Shown here: in pieces, positions 62,201 through 64,000 of the stretch
Position numbering within the stretch: position 1 is the stretch's first letter
Layout: each line of letters starts with the position of its first letter
NCBI GenBank assembly: GCA_013265495.1
Contig: MU062133.1
Span: forward strand, 20,860,678-20,924,677
Length of the DNA: 64,000 bases
From: Vicugna vicugna
Taxonomy: Eukaryota
Reading direction: 5' to 3'
Made by a program: the position numbers and the translations under genes
Notes under the pieces: model-generated
The model's database searches: none
The model's input: the letters and a program-made list of their open reading frames with translations, nothing else
Told to the model about the DNA's origin: nothing

Positions 62201-62944
62201 TTATTTCTTATTATTTATTTTGAGGTCTAGACCTTTTAGGGCTCAAAGGGCTGTATCTTTGGGGTGGTGGCATTTGGGACCCTGGGCAGCATATGTTGCC
62301 CAAAGGCTCCTTTCTAAACAGCCAGCTCCCTGGGAACTCTCTAGAGCACTCTCCAGCCTGACTCCATTCCAACCCCTCCGAACACCATCATGACTCTGGC
62401 CCAGCAGCTGGAATCTTCAAGCAGGGGTCACACTTGTCAGTCAAGTCAGCCAAAAGCCCTGCTTAGTCTCTCCAGAATTCATACCCAAAGCAACCTTTGC
62501 CTGCTTCACTGGGGACATTTCCTCAAGTCATCCCTCTGTTCTCTAGGACACAGAGCCTGGAGTATTACTCAAAGTGCTGGGTGCACACTCACTTTGCATT
62601 TAATCATAAAGTAAACTCTTTATTCATAATTAGACATTGGGGAAAATTAAAACCTCACAGTAACCATAAGAGCTGAGGTATGAGCCTAACCTGCATTCAT
62701 TGACTATATGATCTTGCTAATAAGAGTGATTTTCCTCTCTCTGGGCTTCTCACCTGCCAGGTGGAAGGGCTGGGCTGGACGGTTCAAGAGGCCTCTCCCA
62801 GCTCTGATGGGTCAGCACCAGGCTCACCAGTGCATAAGACAGTTATATGAGTCGTTTCTGCAGCAGCGCCCTTCTGAGATACTGCAGTTGTGCAACCAAT
62901 ATGTCTGTCTGCTTTATTGCTCAGTGAACTTCCAGGCTAGGTCC

Positions 62945-64000
62945 TTTTTTTTTTTAACTTTTTTTAAATTGGTTTATAATCATTTTACAATGTTGTGTCA
63001 AATTCCAGTGTAGAGCACAATATTTCAATTACACATGAACATATATATATTCATTGTCACATTTTATTTTNNNNNNNNNNNNNNNNNNNNNNNNNNNNNN
63101 NNNNNNNNNNNNNNNNNNNNNNNNNNNNNNNNNNNNNNNNNNNNNNNNNNNNNNNNNNNNNNNNNNNNNNNNNNNNNNNNNNNNNNNNNNNNNNNNNNNN
63201 NNNNNNNNNNNNNNNNNNNNNNNNNNNNNNNNNNNNNNNNNNNNNNNNNNNNNNNNNNNNNNNNNNNNNNNNNNNNNNNNNNNNNNNNNNNNNNNNNNNN
63301 NNNNNNNNNNNNNNNNNNNNNNNNNNNNNNNNNNNNNNNNNNNNNNNNNNNNNNNNNNNNNNNNNNNNNNNNNNNNNNNNNNNNNNNNNNNNNNNNNNNN
63401 NNNNNNNNNNNNNNNNNNNNNNNNNNNNNNNNNNTATTGATCATTTGTATGTCTTCCTTGGAGAATTGCTTGTTTAGGTCTTTTGCCCATTTTTGGATTG
63501 GGTTGTTTGGTTGTTTCTTATTAAGTCATATGAGCTGCTTATATATTCTGGAGATCAAGCCTTTGTCGGTTTCATTTGCAAAGATTTTCTCCCATTCCGT
63601 AGGTTGTCATTTTGTTTTACTTATGGTTTCCTTTGCTGTGCAGAAGCTTGTAAGTTTAATTAGGTCCCATTTGTTTATTCTTGCTTTTATTTCTTCTAAG
63701 AGAAAATTTTTGAGATGTATGTCAGATAATGTTTTGCCTATATTTTCCTGTAGGAGGTTTATTGTATCTTGTCTTGTGTTTAAGTCTTTGATCCATTTTG
63801 AGTTTATTTTTGTGTATGGTGTAAGGGAGTGTTCTAGCTTCATTGTTTTACATGTTGTTGTCCAGTTTTCCCAACACCATTTGCTGAAGAGACTGTCTTT
63901 ATTCCATTGTATATTCTTGCCTCCTTTGTTGAAGATTAGTTGACCAAAAATTTGTAGGTTCATTTCTGGGCTCTCTAGTCTGTTCCATTGGTCTATATGT
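62945..64000 (-). mobile_element. Young camelid-type L1: 3' UTR plus ORF2 C-terminal part, inactivated; continues beyond the window
   Basis: Poly(T) at 62945; minus frame [27 protein letters not shown]...[16 protein letters not shown]...[16 protein letters not shown] is L1 ORF2; stop at 63607 where ORF2 normally continues KRQPTEWEKIF. Confidence 0.95.
63071..63434. other. N-run (364 N) inside the L1
   Basis: Directly visible. Confidence 0.99.

Noticed and set aside
63035-63943. Longest ORF in the track (302 aa, +) and other ORFs containing X runs
   Set aside because: They read through Ns and are antisense to L1 ORF2 or lie in MLT1; artefacts

Overview
Mammalian nuclear DNA, very probably a camelid (alpaca/llama/camel). 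The basis is a tRNA-derived Vic-1-type SINE at 11989 and two copies of a camelid-type L1 3' terminus at 44688 and 62945. I recognise no protein-coding gene, structural RNA gene, miRNA or prokaryotic system. The window looks like a gene-poor intergenic region or a large intron, densely filled with ancient repeats (MIR, L2, L1M, MLT1 LTRs, MER5), with three N-runs that all fall inside repeats. The long ORFs in the track are L1/L2 remnants, run through Ns, or look like chance ORFs. Repeat family names and boundaries were assigned by eye from remembered consensus sequences, so edges are approximate (tens of bp). I did not find a new biological system I can support. The best leads are: (1) a TATA+Inr core promoter with textbook spacing followed by a strong-Kozak 62-codon ORF (35885-36162, +); (2) a possible two-exon 70-codon gene with a very strong branch point/acceptor and CpG-rich second exon (53008-54801, -); (3) an ancient L1ME with a twin-priming-type 5' inversion (59717-60751); (4) patches of CpG gain inside old repeats; (5) a convergent pair of CTCF-like motifs (18722, 50341). 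All are hypotheses that need alignment or expression data.
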